Assembly (NCBI GenBank): GCA_963682165.1
Contig: OY821666.1
Location: forward strand, 580,771-644,770
DNA length: 64,000 bases
Direction of reading: 5' to 3'
DNA from: an uncultured Psychromonas sp.
GTDB taxonomy: Bacteria; Pseudomonadota; Gammaproteobacteria; Enterobacterales; Psychromonadaceae
The notes beneath the pieces are model-generated. The model searched no databases. It saw only the letters and a list, made by a program, of their open reading frames with translations, and was not told where the DNA came from. Both the position numbers and the translations under genes were made by a program. This document shows, piece by piece, positions 51,034 to 61,259 of the stretch (the stretch's first letter is position 1; every line of letters starts with the position of its first letter).

Positions 51034-52296
51034 TCAAAAGACTGCTTTGAGTATGTAGAAAAATATAATAGATAAACCTGCACCAACTGGCAAAGTGACA
51101 ACCCAAGAAATAACAATGCTTCTTACTACATTTAAGTTGAGCGCTGCAATGCCATGTGCCATACCAACGCCGAGAACAGCGCCAACAAGGGTTTGTGTGG
51201 TTGAAATAGGAAGACCTGTACCTGATGCAATGACGACAGTCATTGCTGCTGAAAGTTCTGCGGCAAAGCCACGACTCGGTGTTAAATGCGTTATGCCTGT
51301 GCCGATTGTCGCCATTACACGATGGCCAAAAATAGCAAGGCCTAATATGATACCAACACCACCTAAAGGTAAAATCCACCATATAAGTTGAGAGCTACCT
51401 GAGATTATGCCGTTGTTTTGAACAATATTCACAACAGCCGCTAAAGGACCAATAGCATTTGCCACGTCATTGGAGCCATGTGCAAATGCCATTGCACATG
51501 CGGTGACTATCATTAATGCTGCAAATATTTTTTCAACATTTGCATAGTGCATGCTTTGATCCGCTTCAGGATCTATTTTTATGGTGCTGATATAAATTCT
51601 ACCAATTATAGCGACGACTAGACCAATAGCTGCTGCAATCTCCAAAGATTCTATAAATGAAAAGTGCAAGCCAACATGTTTTAAACCTTTTGTAATGGTA
51701 ACTAATGAAAGTACGAAGCCAGCTAAAAACATGTAGAACGGCACATATTTTTTAGCATTTTTAATCGGATCACTGGTGTTAAATATTAATTTTTGCGAGC
51801 TCATAAATATTTTATAAGAGATCCATCCCGCGATTAATGGCGTGACAACCCAACTACCAACAATCCCCATAACTTCCCCCCACTCAACGCTATCAACACT
51901 GACACCTACGGCAGAAAAACCAATAATGGCACCGACAATGGAATGCGTTGTTGAAACTGGCCATCCATAATAAGAGGCTATCAAGAGCCATGTTCCAGCA
52001 GCAAGTAACGCAGAAATCATACCGTAAACAAGCAGTTCTGGGGTATGTATAAAGTAAGCTGAATTAATAATACCTTTTCGAATTGTTGAGGTTACTTCTC
52101 CACCAGCAAGGTAGGCTCCTGCAAATTCAAAAATCATTGCAATAATAATTGCTTGCTTAATCGTTAACGCTTTAGATCCAACCGATGTTCCCATTGCATT
52201 TGCAACATCATTTGCTCCAATCCCCCAAGCCATAAAAAAACCTACGATTGCAGCAAAAAAAATCAGCAGGTTGCCATAATGAGCAATAATTTCCAT
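51034..52296 (-). CDS. PiT family inorganic phosphate transporter
   Basis: GANDVANAMGTSVGS and HGSNDVANAIGP signature motifs. Confidence 0.93.
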   Translation of the reverse strand: MEIIAHYGNLLIFFAAIVGFFMAWGIGANDVANAMGTSVGSKALTIKQAIIIAMIFEFAGAYLAGGEVTSTIRKGIINSAYFIHTPELLVYGMISALLAAGTWLLIASYYGWPVSTTHSIVGAIIGFSAVGVSVDSVEWGEVMGIVGSWVVTPLIAGWISYKIFMSSQKLIFNTSDPIKNAKKYVPFYMFLAGFVLSLVTITKGLKHVGLHFSFIESLEIAAAIGLVVAIIGRIYISTIKIDPEADQSMHYANVEKIFAALMIVTACAMAFAHGSNDVANAIGPLAAVVNIVQNNGIISGSSQLIWWILPLGGVGIILGLAIFGHRVMATIGTGITHLTPSRGFAAELSAAMTVVIASGTGLPISTTQTLVGAVLGVGMAHGIAALNLNVVRSIVISWVVTLPVGAGLSIIFFYILKAVF

Positions 52297-52321
52297 AAAA
52301 ATATCCTAGTTAAATGTTACG

Positions 52322-53005
52322 TTACGAGCGGATCAGCATCAGCTCTAAGTGAGTGCCAAGTATTTCAGCATGGTCAGCAAGAGAGCCAACCCATTCAAGA
52401 ATTTGGTATAAAAATATAACATCGATAGGGTTTAAACTACTTTCTAGCGCTAATAATTGACGCCGTAATTTTATTTGTAAGCTATCAGTGTCATCTTCAA
52501 TGTCTTCTAGTTCCATAATCATTTCGGTAATAATATCTACCTCTTTACCTCTAAAGCCAAGCTCTAGTAGTTCTTCAAGACCATGAACTACTTTTTGTGA
52601 TTGTCTAACAGCGTTAATGCACTGCTCTGTATAAAGTAAAAATTTATCAGAGAATTGCAGTGGAATTTGCAGTTGACGCCCATACATACGACCAGAAATA
52701 TCTTTTACAGTATTGGCAATTTTATCTTGCCGATTAACAAGCTGCAGAAGCTCACCACGATCCATTGGCATAAATAAACCTTTAGGAAGTACTAAACGTA
52801 TTTCACGTTTTAGGCTATCGGCATCTCTTTCAAGACTCGAAATTTGTTTCCTTATTTTATCCGCTTCAACCCAATGACCCTGAGAACATTTCTGAAAAAA
52901 TGGAATAAGTAACTCACTACATTTGGTCACTGTATCCATATGGTTCTTAATTGGTTCAATCGGTGATTTTGCAAATAAATTTTTAAACATTGATTGGGGA
53001 GGCAT
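52322..53005 (-). CDS. TIGR00153/DUF47 phosphate transport regulator
   Basis: LERDADSLKREIR, LFMPMDRG and IEDDTD; adjacent to pit. Confidence 0.9.
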   Translation of the reverse strand: MPPQSMFKNLFAKSPIEPIKNHMDTVTKCSELLIPFFQKCSQGHWVEADKIRKQISSLERDADSLKREIRLVLPKGLFMPMDRGELLQLVNRQDKIANTVKDISGRMYGRQLQIPLQFSDKFLLYTEQCINAVRQSQKVVHGLEELLELGFRGKEVDIITEMIMELEDIEDDTDSLQIKLRRQLLALESSLNPIDVIFLYQILEWVGSLADHAEILGTHLELMLIRS

Positions 53006-53399
53006 AGTGTTCCTTATTATTAGCTTGTTTTTATGATGTTTTATCCATAATTAAATAACTTTATATCTGTAAAGTTATTTTTAACTTAGAGCAGTATAAT
53101 ACATTTAAACAAATGAACAATTGTTTTTTATGCCTACTGTCATAAAATTCCATGGCGATCCTCTAACTTTATGAAAAATAGTGAGTTATACCTATCAGAT
53201 CACAATATAATTTATCAGAAGGTCGCTTTTACAGTACGGTGTGCAATAGGCAAGTCTAGCATTGGTATAAACTGGCGGCCCATTTATCTATCATCCTTTG
53301 CTTGATGGTATATACTGAGTTTTTTATTTATAACAAACACCATTGAAACAGCGTTTACAATTTTTTTCAATGATGCATTTTTAGATGATTTATTGATAA

Positions 53400-54050
53400 T
53401 TATTCTTCCTCTTTTGCCCAAAGCTCTGAGATTTCATTAACGGGACGAATAGATGACAGGTATACATCAGTATCGCCATTTTCAAAAATAAAAATATCGA
53501 CAGAACGATGCTCTTGCGCACCAGTTAGGGAATAAAATTCAAACTCTCGGCCATGCTCATCGTCTGCAAATTGAGGCGGCTTACTATTACGATAGTCTGC
53601 CGTATGTAAATAGCCTGTGGTCATAAAATTCTGCTGAATATATTCATCGGCAACCATATCTGCGTAAGGGTGAGATTTAGTTAGCGGTGTTAAACGAGCA
53701 GAGCCAGACTCGCTAAAAACATCTGCAAAGGCATCTAGATCAAATAATTGCTCAACTTCATTTCGTGCTAACAAAAGACTTAACTGAACTTGTTTATTTA
53801 CTTTTTTTGGAAAACGCAGGTAAACTAAGTGCTCAGAGGAGCCTTGGCCGATGATACTTGCATATTGATCATATTTAAACTCAATGGTGTTTATTTCTGA
53901 AACTTGAAATTGTTGTTTACGCATCACTTTTGGTAACGAAAAACTATCACCGAAGGTAAAAATATCATTTACTTGAAGCTCACTTGGTTGCGTCAGTTTG
54001 CGCGTTGGCACTGGCTTTTTATTGCTAAAAAGTGATTTTAAAAAACTCAT
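53400..54050 (-). CDS. YjfK-like (DUF2491-type) protein
   Basis: Position after the yjfI-yjfJ homologues; the family call rests mainly on synteny. Confidence 0.5.
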   Translation of the reverse strand: MSFLKSLFSNKKPVPTRKLTQPSELQVNDIFTFGDSFSLPKVMRKQQFQVSEINTIEFKYDQYASIIGQGSSEHLVYLRFPKKVNKQVQLSLLLARNEVEQLFDLDAFADVFSESGSARLTPLTKSHPYADMVADEYIQQNFMTTGYLHTADYRNSKPPQFADDEHGREFEFYSLTGAQEHRSVDIFIFENGDTDVYLSSIRPVNEISELWAKEEE

Positions 54051-54093
54051 TATCTACTTCCCTTAGCTAGGGCTGAAAATTAATATTGCCATA

Positions 54094-54368
54094 TATACCC
54101 ATGTTACTTCGAAATGCAAAATCAGCAAGGCAAATTGTGTCGATATGCGAGGCATAAAATTGAAGTATAGTTATTCTCTATAGAAATTTTATAACAATGC
54201 AAATTGGAGCAAGGAGCCTTGCCCGTTGGGGCGCTAACTCGGTTTTTATATGATCGGTAGCAGCCTTCCGCTCAACATTCGATGCGTACGTCCCCATTAC
54301 CTCATGCTGCTCCTTACTCTGATTATCGAGTGAGCGGCTGACGTTGCATTTTTTCGTTGCATGGGTAT
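54094..54368. mobile_element. TATACCCATG MITE
   Basis: Terminal inverted repeats and shared interior. Confidence 0.82.
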
Positions 54369-54472
54369 ACACCCGCAAATAAATTTATGGGTATATGGGT
54401 TTATGTCCCGCAGGGCATGATACTTTACAGCCTGAAGGGCATAAACCAATTAATGCTTTAACTCAATTGAGA

Positions 54473-55156
54473 TCACTTTGATTTTAAGCGATCTAATATC
54501 GATTGTGCGCTTGATTGTTTGGTGCCGATCCCAGCTTTTTGCAATTTACTTTGTAACGAATCATCACTACCTTCTGCATCTAATTGCTCAGCGGCCTTAA
54601 GCTTATCATCAAACATTGCCTGTTTTTGTTTGATGCGCTCTAAAGAATCTTTTGCATTTAACAGATTTGAATTGCTTTGCGTAAAATTATCAGTGATTGC
54701 TGAGGTTGCTTTTTGCACGCTCTCAGTTGTTTTTACCATACTCAGTTGACGTTTATAATTAGAGAGCTGGCGATCACCGTTTTTAATTAACTCTTTTAAG
54801 CGATCTGCACTGTTTAAAAAACTTTCGTTTGATTGTTGCTGATCTGCTGCATCTTTTTCAAGCACGCTAATTTTTTCAGCAATTTCCAGTGCTAAAGGCT
54901 CATTCTTTTGGCCGAGTGCTTGTACAGCGTAACCTTCATGCTCTTTTATACTAGCCTGTAGCTGAGAAAGCTCACGCGCGGCTTGCATTTGCTTTGCCAT
55001 GACTTCCGTTAAATTACGTTTAGCGATAGTAATATGCTTTTCTGAATCTCGGATTTCTTGTTCAAAAATACGTGTTGAATTTGCATCAACGATAGATTCG
55101 CCAACTTCACGCGTTCCTCCACGTATTGCGGTAATAATTTTATTAAAAATACTCAT
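54473..55156 (-). CDS. PspA/IM30 family protein (YjfJ-like)
   Basis: MSIFNKIITAIRGG, IFEQEIRD, long coiled coil. Confidence 0.9.
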   Translation of the reverse strand: MSIFNKIITAIRGGTREVGESIVDANSTRIFEQEIRDSEKHITIAKRNLTEVMAKQMQAARELSQLQASIKEHEGYAVQALGQKNEPLALEIAEKISVLEKDAADQQQSNESFLNSADRLKELIKNGDRQLSNYKRQLSMVKTTESVQKATSAITDNFTQSNSNLLNAKDSLERIKQKQAMFDDKLKAAEQLDAEGSDDSLQSKLQKAGIGTKQSSAQSILDRLKSK

Positions 55157-55178
55157 TCTAATTCCTTTAAATAACCTG

Positions 55179-55595
55179 TTAATTTAAATAAAAGTGCATT
55201 TCGTTAATAACTTCTACGCTATTATCGCTCAATGCCACAATTTCGTGTTCAATATCTGCAATGCTTGAATTGATAGATAATGCGCCAAAAATAACATATT
55301 TATTGTCCACTTTTGCAAAAGATGAAAGTAGCATGGGGATATTCATTTGTAACATGGTTTCAAGCATTTGGACTTTTTGATCTTCTTTGACCTCATCTTC
55401 TCCCCATAAATAAGCAATACAAAGAATTTGCTCATCGCTTATTGAAAGGAAGACTGGTATTTCTTCTCTACCAATGATATCAACTTGCAGAACCTCAATC
55501 TCACCACTGAGAGGAGTGCAATTAAAGTTACAACCATCGCCTGTTTTGTGGTCTGCTAGCTCATTTAAGTGTGTTGCTATTTTATGAATGTTCAT
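55179..55595 (-). CDS. YjfI/DUF2170 family protein
   Basis: QILCIAYLW, MLQMN...LSSF and YVIFGALS. Confidence 0.85.
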   Translation of the reverse strand: MNIHKIATHLNELADHKTGDGCNFNCTPLSGEIEVLQVDIIGREEIPVFLSISDEQILCIAYLWGEDEVKEDQKVQMLETMLQMNIPMLLSSFAKVDNKYVIFGALSINSSIADIEHEIVALSDNSVEVINEMHFYLN

Positions 55596-55691
55596 AGGAT
55601 TCCTTGAAAATACATTATAATGTCAAACATGCGGTTGAATTTAGCCTTCTTAGGATGACATGTCAAGATCAAGTGATGATCGTTTTTATTT

Positions 55692-55962
55692 TATACCCAT
55701 GCTTTGTGAAAACGCAACTGTGGCTGCGATGTTAATAATCAGAGTAATGCGCAACATATGTAATGGCGACCACGCATAAAACGGCAAGCTAGGGCTGGCT
55801 TGCTTTGATATAAAAACCTAGTTCGCACCTCAACTGCGCGGCTCCTTGTTTAATTTGCACCCTCTAAAATATCGAGTGATAATAACGATGCTTCAATTTT
55901 ATGCATCAAATTCGTGGCTAATTTACCTTACTGATATTGCATTTCGATAGAGCATGGGTATA
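55692..55962. mobile_element. TATACCCATG MITE
   Basis: Terminal inverted repeats and shared interior. Confidence 0.82.
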
Positions 55963-55996
55963 ACATTAAAAACAACTGTTTTTACTGGATGGTATT

Positions 55997-58849
55997 ATGT
56001 CTTTAATTAAAGAATGTGCTCTGCTATATTTTGAACAATTAAATCAAAAAGAAGATCTTTCTTTTTTATCTGAAAATGAAAAAAAATCATTATTACGCGT
56101 ATTAGGGCTTAGTGATTTTATTGCTGCTGCATTAATAAAACAGCCAAATTTACTAAAAATAATATTATCTGAAGGGTTACTCACTAAAGATCACCGCACC
56201 ATGGGTATTCAAAAGGAGTTAACAACACAGTTAAAAACGGTAACAGATGAAACATCATTACAGCAAGTTTTACGCCTGTTTCGTTATAAGCACATGGTGG
56301 TTATTGCTTGGAGAGACTTACTTGGTGATGCAACATTAGCAGAAATTTTTACTCATCTTTCATTTCTCGCAGAGAAACTCATCGAACAAGCACAAAATTG
56401 GTTATATCAAAAGCAATGCAGCGAGCAAGGCACACCTGTAAATGCGCAAGGGGTAGTCCAACCGTTCTACATTTTTGCAATGGGAAAATTAGGTGGCAGA
56501 GAACTGAATTTTTCTTCTGATATTGATTTGATTTTTACTTTTCCAGAAAAAGGTGAAACCATTGGAAAAAAGCGCACTATTGATAATCAGCGATTTTTCA
56601 CAAAACTAGGACAACGCCTGATCAGCGCGTTACACCAAATTACTATCGATGGATTTGTATACCGTGTTGATATGCGATTACGCCCTTTTGGTGATTCAGG
56701 TCCTCTCGTTAGCAATTTTTCAGCATTAGAAGATTATTATCAAAGTCATGGCCGTGAATGGGAACGTTACGCCATGGTTAAAGCGCGTGTACTTGGCGAT
56801 GATGGACCCTATAAAACTGAATTAATACAAATGTTAAGACCTTTTGTATATCGCCGTTATATTGATTTTAGTGTCATAGATTCACTAAGAAAAATGAAAG
56901 CACTGATAAATGCAGAAGAACGTCGAAAAGGTTTAATAAATAACATTAAGCTAGGTCAAGGTGGCATTAGAGAGATTGAATTCATAGCGCAATCATTTCA
57001 ACTGATCAGAGGTGGTAAAGATATAAAATTACAAGTGAGAAGCTTACTAAAAGCATTAAAAGCATTAATAGTTATCGATGCATTGCCACGGAAACGCTCT
57101 AAATTTTTATCTGATACTTATTGTTTTTTACGCAAAGTTGAAAATGTGCTCCAAGAAATAGGTGACAAGCAAACTCAAACACTACCAGAAAATGATCTTG
57201 ACCAGCAACGACTAATTGAAGTGATGAAATTTAAAACGTGGGCATTATTTTATAAGCATCTAAATAAAAAAATGCAAAGCGTGCATAATGAATTTAATTG
57301 GGTTGTAGGCGAATACGACCCTTCGCAAACGCAAGCAAATAATCAAACCCAAGAAGCTTTTAAAGATTTGTGGCTCATAGATTTATCTGAAAATGAAATA
57401 TCAGCATTACTGGAAAAAAATGAGATAAAAAAAGACATTGCACAACAGTGTTCTGGGCAAATACTATTAATGATAAAGACATTAAAAAATCAGCCTATGG
57501 GTGAAAGAGGCGCAGAAACACTTGACAAATTAGCACCAAAAATCATCTATAAATCCTTGTACTATGACGATCCTGCCACCTTACTTTTGCGCATTGGGCA
57601 TGTATTAAAAAAGATAATTACGCGCACACCTTACCTTGAGTTGTTAAACGAAAATGATGAAGCATTAAATAATCTATTAAAGCTCTGTAACGCCAGCGAG
57701 CATGTCAGTGATCAATTAGCGTTACACCCTATTTTGCTAGATGAGCTGTTAGATCCAAAACAACTCTACAATCCCATTGCCACTGATGCGTGTAAAAGAG
57801 AATTGCAGCAATTTATATTACGGGTGCCAAAAGACGATATGGAGCAGCAAATGGAAGTGCTGCGGCAATTTAAACAAATGCAAATTTTACGCATAACGGC
57901 CTCCGATATTGTAGGTTCAATTGATATAACCAAAGTAAGCGATTACTTAACAGAACTCAGTGAAGCCATTATGGACTATGTTGTACAAATTTCATGGTCA
58001 CAAATGGTTGAAAAATTTGGCCTACCAAGCAATGTTATCGGCACAGACCGAAAAGGTTTTGTGGTCATTGCTTATGGAAAGATGGGCGGATTCGAGCTTG
58101 GTTATGGATCTGATTTAGATGTCATTTTTTTACATGATAACAACATCAACGGCAACACATCTGGGACTAAATCAATCCACAATGAGTCTTTTTATATTCG
58201 TCTCGTACAACGTATTATTCACCTATTTACAGCACGAACAAATTCAGGCATTCTTTATGAAATTGATATGCGCTTGCGCCCCTCTGGCAACTCTGGCAGG
58301 ATAACAATTAGCATTGATGGGTTTTGTAAATATTTAACCAAAAATGCGTGGACATGGGAGCATCAAGCATTAGTGCGCGCGCGTGCTGTTTATTTTGATG
58401 AACTCACATTAGCTGATTTTAAAGATGTTCGCGAAAAGATATTAATGACAGTAAGGGATAATAGACAATTAAAAAAAGATATACGCGAAATGCGAATAAA
58501 AATGCGTACCCACCTCAATAACACCAAACATAATGAATTTGACCTAAAACACTCACGGGGAGGCCTGGTTGATATAGAATTTATTGCCCAGTATCTTGTA
58601 TTAGCCAACGCGGATAAAGTCGGTCATTCCCTCTGCCAGTGGTCAGATAATTTACGTATCTTTCAAAGCTGTAAAAATGCACAACTTATTTCAAAAAAAG
58701 AAGAAAAAACGCTTGTGAATGCTTATTGTATGCTCCGAGATACAACGCATCGTTTAACGTTAAATAAAAAGTCTTGTATTGTTAAAAAACCAGTCGTGCC
58801 CATTGATCCTCTGCCTGTAATAGCAATTTGGAATAAGTTCTTAAAGTGA
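55997..58849 (+). CDS. glnE: Bifunctional glutamine synthetase adenylyltransferase/deadenylase
   Basis: Two NT domains (MGKLGGRELNFSSDIDL; YGKMGGFELGYGSDLD), DMRLRP twice, WEHQAL. Confidence 0.96.
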   Translation: MSLIKECALLYFEQLNQKEDLSFLSENEKKSLLRVLGLSDFIAAALIKQPNLLKIILSEGLLTKDHRTMGIQKELTTQLKTVTDETSLQQVLRLFRYKHMVVIAWRDLLGDATLAEIFTHLSFLAEKLIEQAQNWLYQKQCSEQGTPVNAQGVVQPFYIFAMGKLGGRELNFSSDIDLIFTFPEKGETIGKKRTIDNQRFFTKLGQRLISALHQITIDGFVYRVDMRLRPFGDSGPLVSNFSALEDYYQSHGREWERYAMVKARVLGDDGPYKTELIQMLRPFVYRRYIDFSVIDSLRKMKALINAEERRKGLINNIKLGQGGIREIEFIAQSFQLIRGGKDIKLQVRSLLKALKALIVIDALPRKRSKFLSDTYCFLRKVENVLQEIGDKQTQTLPENDLDQQRLIEVMKFKTWALFYKHLNKKMQSVHNEFNWVVGEYDPSQTQANNQTQEAFKDLWLIDLSENEISALLEKNEIKKDIAQQCSGQILLMIKTLKNQPMGERGAETLDKLAPKIIYKSLYYDDPATLLLRIGHVLKKIITRTPYLELLNENDEALNNLLKLCNASEHVSDQLALHPILLDELLDPKQLYNPIATDACKRELQQFILRVPKDDMEQQMEVLRQFKQMQILRITASDIVGSIDITKVSDYLTELSEAIMDYVVQISWSQMVEKFGLPSNVIGTDRKGFVVIAYGKMGGFELGYGSDLDVIFLHDNNINGNTSGTKSIHNESFYIRLVQRIIHLFTARTNSGILYEIDMRLRPSGNSGRITISIDGFCKYLTKNAWTWEHQALVRARAVYFDELTLADFKDVREKILMTVRDNRQLKKDIREMRIKMRTHLNNTKHNEFDLKHSRGGLVDIEFIAQYLVLANADKVGHSLCQWSDNLRIFQSCKNAQLISKKEEKTLVNAYCMLRDTTHRLTLNKKSCIVKKPVVPIDPLPVIAIWNKFLK

Positions 58850-58872
58850 ACTGACGACGATTTTCGCGGTAG

Positions 58873-59099
58873 TATACCCAGTTATTTCAATATGAAACGT
58901 CAGAGAAGTATCTTCAGGTCAGTTGAGTATAACTTTTCACGAAGAAGAAGTTATACTGCATCTTTTAAAATTATCGATTAGCAATGATTTTAACCTTGGC
59001 TTATCTGCAGAAACGCTCTTAATTGTGGCAGTGGTATTAAACGGCAAAGCCAAATTTGTAGGAGCATGGCCAAAGTTTATAGAATGTAGCACGGGTATA
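58873..59099. mobile_element. Second TATACCC...GGGTATA MITE subfamily
   Basis: Same 7-bp termini with an unrelated interior. Confidence 0.6.
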
Positions 59100-59100
59100 T

Positions 59101-59945
59101 TGATTTTTTTAGTAAAAAATTATCGCAAATAAGTAAATTGAGTTTCTTCAAGTGGTGCATTTGGCTTGCCCCATGGGCAATAAAATCACCAAAAATACTG
59201 GCATCTGTATTGATAACAGCTTTGCTATAACGAAAAGCGTTTAATATCCTTGATAACATGCCTGCATTTATCGCAATTGATTCTATAAATAAGGTTTTCC
59301 TTTGCTGTTATAAGTAAAGTCGTCAGTGCCATTCATGCTCTTTAATAGCAAAGAATTACCGCCAATGATACTGGTTTTAATCGTGTTAAATTTTACGTTA
59401 TTGTTGATGGTATCCATAGAATATGTCGGTGTTGACTTTGCACTAAGTACATCTAACATATTGCTAAGAGGTGTTTTATTAAACGATTATTTATGGTTAA
59501 TATCGCCATTATACCCAAGACCAACACCATGTGTTGATGGCCATTGCCAATATTGATTAAAAAAACACGCAAGGTACTGACATCACTATAGGCAATGATG
59601 AGCTTTGCTTTGGCTTTAGAGTGGTCTAATTCTTTTTTCAATACATCGAGCAATTCACATCCACAGCCACATCAAGTAGTACCCAGATAGCTTTGGGATC
59701 TGATTCTACTGCTTGTTTGATAAATTGAACCATTTTTTCAATGCTATTGGCCTCCTGTATAGGACTTGTCGGTTGTATCATATCATCGGGAATATGTAGT
59801 TTAAGTTTGCTATTTTGCGCAAAATAATCTTTAACGGCTTGGATTTCAACCTCTGGATGACTCGGTGGTGAGGGGGCACTATAACATCAATCGTATCGCC
59901 ATTTTTTAAAAAATACCAGTTTGTATTACTTATTTTATCTCCTTT
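59101..59945 (-). pseudogene. LD-carboxypeptidase (peptidase S66, LdcA/MccF-like) pseudogene
   Basis: Fragments across several frames: LKNGDTIDVIVP, KAIW, KLIIAYSDVSTL (GYSD nucleophile motif), IIGGN, GKTLFIE, IFGDF; multiple frameshifts; MITEs at both ends. Confidence 0.7.
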
Positions 59946-59972
59946 AGTCTTGTCTTGTCTTGTTTTGTTTTG

Positions 59973-60151
59973 TATACCCATGTTTTGTGAAAATGCAAAT
60001 TGCTACAATGGGCCGCGCTCTTCTGGTCGTTAGCTCGAATACCTGCTTGGCGTGCAACTTTCGATGCGCTGATCCCCATTGCATCATGTTGCGCTTTGCT
60101 TTGATCTTTGAGCTAATGGTTTCACCACGCATTTTGAATGATAACTGGTAT
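59973..60151. mobile_element. Degenerate TATACCCATG MITE
   Basis: tatacccatgttttgtgaaaatgcaa start; degenerate right end. Confidence 0.6.
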
Positions 60152-60194
60152 GCAAATAAAAAGGAGTGACTCACCAGGGGGGGGGTTACAAAAC

Positions 60195-60383
60195 AATGCT
60201 TCAATGCTTCAATGCTTCGATGTTTCGATGTTTCGATGTTTCGATGTTTCGATGTTTCGATGTTTCGATGCTTCGATGTTTCGATGTTTCGATGTTTCGA
60301 TGTTTCGATGTTTCGATGTTTCGATGTTTCGATGCTTCGATGTTTCGATGTTTCGATGTTTCGATGCTTCAATGCTTCAATGC
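60195..60383. repeat. 8-bp tandem repeat RATGYTTC, about 23.5 units (VNTR)
   Basis: Direct reading; produces the spurious 8-aa periodic ORFs in the track. Confidence 0.95.
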
Positions 60384-60411
60384 ACCATCACAGTGAAGCA
60401 GCATGGGTATC

Positions 60412-60879
60412 TTAGCTGTGCTTTTTATCTTTTCGTTGACTTAAAAGGATCAGCGTCATATACCAAACCACTAGAATATTTATCAACAACACACAAATAC
60501 CTAAGATGTTGGTATGAAAAAGCACTTCATATATTTCAAATGGCAAATAGATTGCGCCACTTAGCAATGCAAACCATTCTGTCCAAACAAGTTCATTCCA
60601 CAAGCCATAGGCCTCAACGAACCTAATTAATGAGTAAACAATGGTACCAATGACAAGTAAATTTATTTTATTATTTGAAAATGTACTCGCCGCATGAATA
60701 AAAATACTGGGATAGTGACTTGCAGGATTTAAATGTGTATATCTGACAATTAACTCAGCAACATGTTGTAGATTTTCTCCTGCCAGGGCATGGAGCCCAA
60801 AGCCAACTAAAACCGAAAGCATCCCCTTAAAAGCCTCTAAGGTAGCAACTGCTTTCAGCCCATTTTTCGTTGTTGTCAT
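60412..60879 (-). CDS. DUF2127 family membrane protein
   Basis: GLKAVATLEAFKG, YSLIRFVEAYGLW, WTEWFALLSGAIYLPFEIYE. Confidence 0.88.
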   Translation of the reverse strand: MTTTKNGLKAVATLEAFKGMLSVLVGFGLHALAGENLQHVAELIVRYTHLNPASHYPSIFIHAASTFSNNKINLLVIGTIVYSLIRFVEAYGLWNELVWTEWFALLSGAIYLPFEIYEVLFHTNILGICVLLINILVVWYMTLILLSQRKDKKHS

Positions 60880-61259
60880 CTCGACCTCTTTTTAGTCTAA
60901 CGTCGCAAATAACACTCCATGTTGTTCTGCCTTATTAAATGCTTTTTAACCAGTTATGTTAATTACACAGCCAGTACTGTGGAGAACGTTAAATTTATTT
61001 TAACGATCATAAGTCACTTTTATACATTAGTTACTGCAAAATGTAAAGTCCGCAAAACAATTTTGTACGGATGCGAGGCTGCAAATATCCTTGATAATTA
61101 ACCGCTAGTTATCAAGGAGAAGACTTTAAGGTTTAGTTATTTTTCATATAACTGGTGCATAACAACGCTTGGAGCCACGCATTGAGGATTTATATTTTAT
61201 ATTTACATAGCATGGATAAAAGGGCTGACTCATTAATAAGTTCAGTCCTGTACATCTTT

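Noticed and set aside
59944-60626. Periodic proteins (KHRNIETS / MFRCFDVS ORFs)
   Set aside because: These are translations of the 8-bp tandem repeat in several frames on both strands, with no RBS or other support
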